A stretch of DNA of 63,323 nucleotides, filler included, from Perkinsus chesapeaki ATCC PRA-425 (taxonomy: Eukaryota > Protista > Perkinsozoa), in NCBI GenBank assembly GCA_013115145.1. It is 6 parts of 6 records of this genome, joined end to end, with 100 filler letters (N's around TTAATTAATTAA, not from the genome) between each part and the next. Parts side by side here need not be neighbours in the genome. Positions count along the whole stretch, not along the records: positions 59,020 to 63,323 come from JAAPAO010001278.1; 5 more parts are not named here. One strand, given 5' to 3'. Each line of letters opens with the position of its first letter. Position 1 is the stretch's first letter. The notes below the pieces were generated by a model. The model worked only from the letters and a program-made list of their open reading frames with translations, was not told the origin of the DNA and ran no database searches. Shown one piece after another: positions 59,020 to 63,323 of the stretch. The position numbers were made by a program, and so were the translations under genes.

Positions 59020-59749
59020 AGCTCTTGCGCCTCTTTACGAGTATTCTTATCAAAATCGAGAGAGAGCCAATTCTTAACAGCTAACGATTCTGATGTACAA
59101 TTACAAGCAGAAGAAGACATAATAATAAATATAAATTAATAAATAGAAATCAACTGATTGACGGAAATCAAGACGCATTACAACAGCACACTCAGAACCA
59201 ACTGATATAACTGACCAAATCCTATCTATATTCGTGATTTACTAGCACACTGTGCTGCCACTGAATTACTAGCACTAAGCGTCAGCTGTCTCCACCGTTC
59301 AAAAATTGCGTTAACACAATATCTGTCCCCATACAAAGATACTTAGCTCCTCCTTCGAAGTGGCGATTCACTGAATGCCTATATTCGGAGTGAGAGGCAG
59401 GTAGATTCCTACCTCTCTCTATTATTTCCAACGTGCAATTACTTACTACGATAAAGAACAACGCTTAGCATTACTAAGCATGATTGTTCATTAGGATTAA
59501 GGACATGTGGACAAGCATTCCCTATTTCGTGTCGCTTGTGCATGCCTTCATGTAACAAGCGCGCAGGATTATTCTCGCGCGCCACAAAACTCAATAAAGA
59601 GACGAGAAAGGAAGGGCGTCTCTTATCTCTCTTAAGGCGTCTACCTAGTTTTCCGATTTGTCTTACTCGAGAAATACCTTTATTATAAAGGCTTTATTCT
59701 TCGACTCGGGTTTCCAAGTGTATTTTAACTCAGTTGTCATCCTACGTAA

Positions 59750-61259
59750 ATGAGAACATCTCTTATCATTTGCCTTATCAACACCACTTATCAATTATCT
59801 CTAAAACCCGCCGTTCAACAACAGCAACAAAAGTCCAAAAGCTCTGGCTTTTGGGAATGGCTCCGAAACCCTTTTGATTCTTCCGATACTAACCTAAACG
59901 TAGACAGTCTAAAATACGGACCCTTGACGAAGTGGGAGACATCTTTTGCGGGGGGCAGTATGGCAAAGAGCATTAAAGATAAACATATTTACTGTGCAAC
60001 ACGTGATGAAGGAGACCACATAGTGCGTTAGTTGAAATAATTAAGGATTAGATATTATTTTTCAGAGCATCAAGGCGTGGATACATTCAGAGTTAGAGGA
60101 CAAGATTCCTACAATTATACATGACGCTTTGTAGGAACGCATTTGTTATCACTGCAGTGAGCTTACTTCAACCTGTCCAGTTTCGCGTGCTGTTGGAATG
60201 ATGAGATGGTGCACATATCGAGATTCAGTGTTAAACGTGATTGGCAAAAAATAGGCCTAGCAGACAAGATGTTAGCATTGGCACTAGAAGACGTAACTTA
60301 TCCATCTAAACTATTAAGATATCCTGTGTAAGATACGACGAGAATGGCCGAATGCTGTGGGGGTATATTTCCAAAAAGGAGATATCGAGTTTGATGATAT
60401 CCAACCCTTTACTAATAATAACTTCACTGTCATACCAAAATCAAGTAAGTGTTTTTTTATAACTCGAGCGATGTAGGTATGCGTCAGACAATCGTGGTGG
60501 TGATGAAGTCTACCTCTATAAATTCCCATTGAAAGTTGAAGATCTTGAATATAAAAGGAAGCTAACAAAGCGTTCAGGGAGAGACGCTTTGCTTCTTTCC
60601 GCTATGATCAAAGGAAGCGAAGGAATAGATACGATGATAGGACTAGATACTAGATACGAAGATCCCCACGATGATAAGATGGAAGTCGCCTGCATGGAAG
60701 AAGCCCATGACGTAGTGCTCCAAGTATGACAGCGTATAACCGGTAGAGCTTTACTCAGACTATACGAATTACTTTTGTGAAAATAGACTATATTTGGCTG
60801 CAAGTGCCCGAGGTTATATCAACATTATTCACAGAAGCGCTGAAAGATGTAAAACTAGGAGGGAACACTGCTGCTGCACCTCAGTTGTTAAAAAGTTGGA
60901 AATGCATTTTCAATCAGATACCTAAGCACTGGCCTAACGCTATATCTGCTGTGCTCTCTATCCAGGCCGGGCACCCTGCTTATCAATATTTTGTTGCTTC
61001 CTTGAAAGAAAGCGGATTTAGACGCATTGCTGAAGGGCCTGATGGTAAATTCGGGGAACCTGTGGTGGTGTGTTATTCACTACCATTTCTGCAATCATCG
61101 AACGATTTCTCTTATGGCCACGGCCGTTGTTTATCTTACTTTTATCGTCCCATCTTCGTAACAGTCCTTTTTTTGTATCAGGCGAAGAGACTTACGCCTA
61201 CAAGTATCAACTTAGTACGAGTTCCTGAGGTATTAGATACTCATCTGGCGGAGGTGTGA
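59750..61259 (+). CDS. Multi-exon protein with GNAT-acetyltransferase-like motif(s)
   Basis: Phase-compatible exons ..GDHI|SIKAWIHSELEDKIPTIIHDAF|FACCWNDEMVHISRFSVKRDWQKIGLADKMLALALED (GNAT motif A, QxxGxA). Later exons less certain. Confidence 0.55.
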
Positions 61260-62586
61260 TATAAAATACGGTGTTCTTCAACATTGCTGCTGCTCAACTA
61301 TTTCCCTTTTAGGCTTTGATTTTTAAGGGTATCGTGGTTATATCCCGTCTGAGGACCGCAAATCTGAGGATTCATTTTTCCATCTTATGTTTTATCATGC
61401 TTCATCAGATGTGTTGAATCTTCCTGTCTTGTTGTGTCTAGATCGTTGTCATTATCCTTGCCGTCCCATCACTTTTTATTATTCAACATTGTTCAATTGA
61501 TGCTCTGTTGTATGCTTGTATACACAAAGCTCTCAGACCGCCAAGAGATGCGATTTCGCAACTAGCGGCAACTTATTAAAAGGCTTAACAACTGCTCCTC
61601 TTATAGCCGCAACTCAAAATGTCCTGACATTTTTTGACGTATCTCAGCTGACTTCCCATCGAATGCAGTTTCTGCCGAAGGGGGGAGTATCAACTAGTAA
61701 CTTGGTATAGAATCTTAGCGATCCCCACCACATCTGAAACGTAATACAACATACACGGTTCATAGTTGCTGCTATGTTGGCAGTGCCGAGGATACCTAAT
61801 GTACCTCTGACTTGCTTGGTACGTAAAGAAGCAAGTTAACATGAACACATACCTACAAGATGTAGAATATATAGCGCCAATAGTAACCGACGGGAAGCTG
61901 CTATACTTAGCACAAATTCATGCCCTTGATAATCAGTGCCAAAATGTGCCTTCTGGATGTCTACACTCGCTGCTGAGGGAAGAAAGCTTTCGAAGAACTT
62001 TGTTTCAAAGTCGCTTCCGATACTGCAGTTGATACCGATTCTGGATGAAAGGACTTTCTCTCATCTATGTAAGGTCAATAAAAGTGTTTCCATATCCATT
62101 AAGGCGCCTTAATACTGCAGCAGACCGACAACCTGCTCCAGCAATCTATGATCGAGACGGGCACAGTGTGGTATACACAATGCAGAACATGTGTACTAGT
62201 GGTTTGCTGTAAAGTTTATTAACGTATTTGTCTCTTAGTTCTAAAATGAAAATGCATATAATAAGAGAAGTCCAGAAAAGAAGGGTTGATTGAGTCGCCC
62301 AGTAAAGATAACGCAACAAAGGGAACCGGCTAAGGAAGGAAGCAACCGCTAGTCCTTTTAACGTAGGAAAATGCACTTAAAACAACTTGATGATGCTAAC
62401 CGCACCTTGAAAGTTTAATGAACACGTATTAAAATAAACATCATCTTTGAACAACAATTAGAGATGATTAAACAAAGAGCACCTTTGGCTCAGTAGTAAT
62501 AGAAGGCTCATTCTTCTCAGTCATATTATCAAATGGATTATGCTCGGAATCTTCATGCTAAAATAACAAATAATAAAACATTCAAA

Positions 62587-63323
62587 TTAATAATAATAAC
62601 TCACCGAAGTAATCTCTCCAGCAATATTCTTCCCAAATTCTTCTTTGATTTGATCGATTGTATAACCCTTACCGAGGAAGTAACTTAGTTTAGCAACGGC
62701 AGCTTCTGGTGTCATATCACCACCACTAATAACACCATAACGGAGTAGCTGTGAACCAGCAGCATAATCACCGAGGCTAACAACACCTTTAAGAACTTGT
62801 GATACAACAACAACGGGGACACCTTCATCATTTAATCTAAAAAATAGAACAAGTGAAACTAACATGATTAATATGATACATTACTTTTGCAACCATGATA
62901 GGAAGTTGTCATTAGAAGGAGCATTGCCGGTGCCATAAAGTAAAAGAACAACACCATTAACATCATTTAAATCGAGAGATAGGAGGCTAGACAAACCAGG
63001 GATCTGATGGGAATAATAAAATAGAAAAGGAGAAGTTTGGATTTTAACTTACCATACGAACAGCGAGAATTGAGTCAGCCATCTCAGTTTGAACAGTGAG
63101 TGGTCCAGTTGGTGCAGGAAGCAATAGATCCTTACTGGAATCGATACCAACACCAATAGTAGCAAGAGGACGAAGCTTAGGTGAACCAAAGGCTTCGATA
63201 GCACTCGCATCAATCTACGGAAAAGAGGAGAGGATCAATAATAAAAACGTAAATGGCTTAGTCTTACTTTAGTGGCTCTGTTGCCTCTAAGGAGAACGGT
63301 ATCGAAGAATATGCTCACTTCTG
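62587..63323 (-). CDS. Type I L-asparaginase, 3' portion, multi-exon, cut by the window edge
   Basis: Exons EVSIFFDTVLLRGNRATK | IDASAIEAFGSPKLRPLATIGV | GVVLLLYGTGNAP | VVVVSQVLKG..YAAGSQL..GVISGGDMTPEAAVAKLSYFLG..NIAGEIT; splice phases are consistent. Confidence 0.92.

Noticed and set aside
61500-62376. Possible minus-strand membrane-protein gene between the GNAT-like gene and asparaginase
   Set aside because: Only short hydrophobic ORF pieces; I could not build a consistent spliced model or find a motif.

Overview
This is not one locus. Six separate contigs are concatenated by an artificial 100-bp linker (N44-TTAATTAATTAA-N44, stops in all six frames): A 1-11986, B 12087-39108, C 39209-47807, D 47908-55587, E 55688-58919, F 59020-63323. 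Adjacency across linkers has no biological meaning. The DNA is eukaryotic (GT..AG introns, many about 40-60 nt, and a flagellar dynein assembly factor). Gene style suggests a Perkinsus-like alveolate; that is inference, not a database result. A: two tandem intronless DASS dicarboxylate transporters, an MFSD1-like MFS transporter, and a truncated Rad16-like SNF2 helicase with intronic minisatellites. B: a Cys-rich protein, a six-copy array of HSL/GDXG alpha/beta hydrolases (one with catalytic Ser replaced by Gly, two sharing a probable gene-conversion tract), SCAMP, DNAAF3, a PTP/DSP phosphatase, a METTL21-like methyltransferase, a 1246-aa low-complexity protein and PARN. C: transposon remains, namely a MULE/SWIM transposase, a decayed Tc1-like transposase, and a tyrosine-recombinase retroelement with intact RNase H and recombinase motifs but no RT. 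D: bounded by 224-bp inverted repeats and carrying a perfect 32-bp-arm hairpin, a tRNA-like motif and an intronless 559-aa orphan. E: an intronless 414-aa ORF whose motif spacing resembles a degenerate RNase III domain, followed by a recurring palindromic motif. F: a putative tandem-GNAT protein and the 3' part of an L-asparaginase. The best leads are contig D, the RNase III-like ORF, the RT-less recombinase element and the serine-less hydrolase. All family calls come from reading motifs by eye. Intron-containing gene boundaries are approximate.
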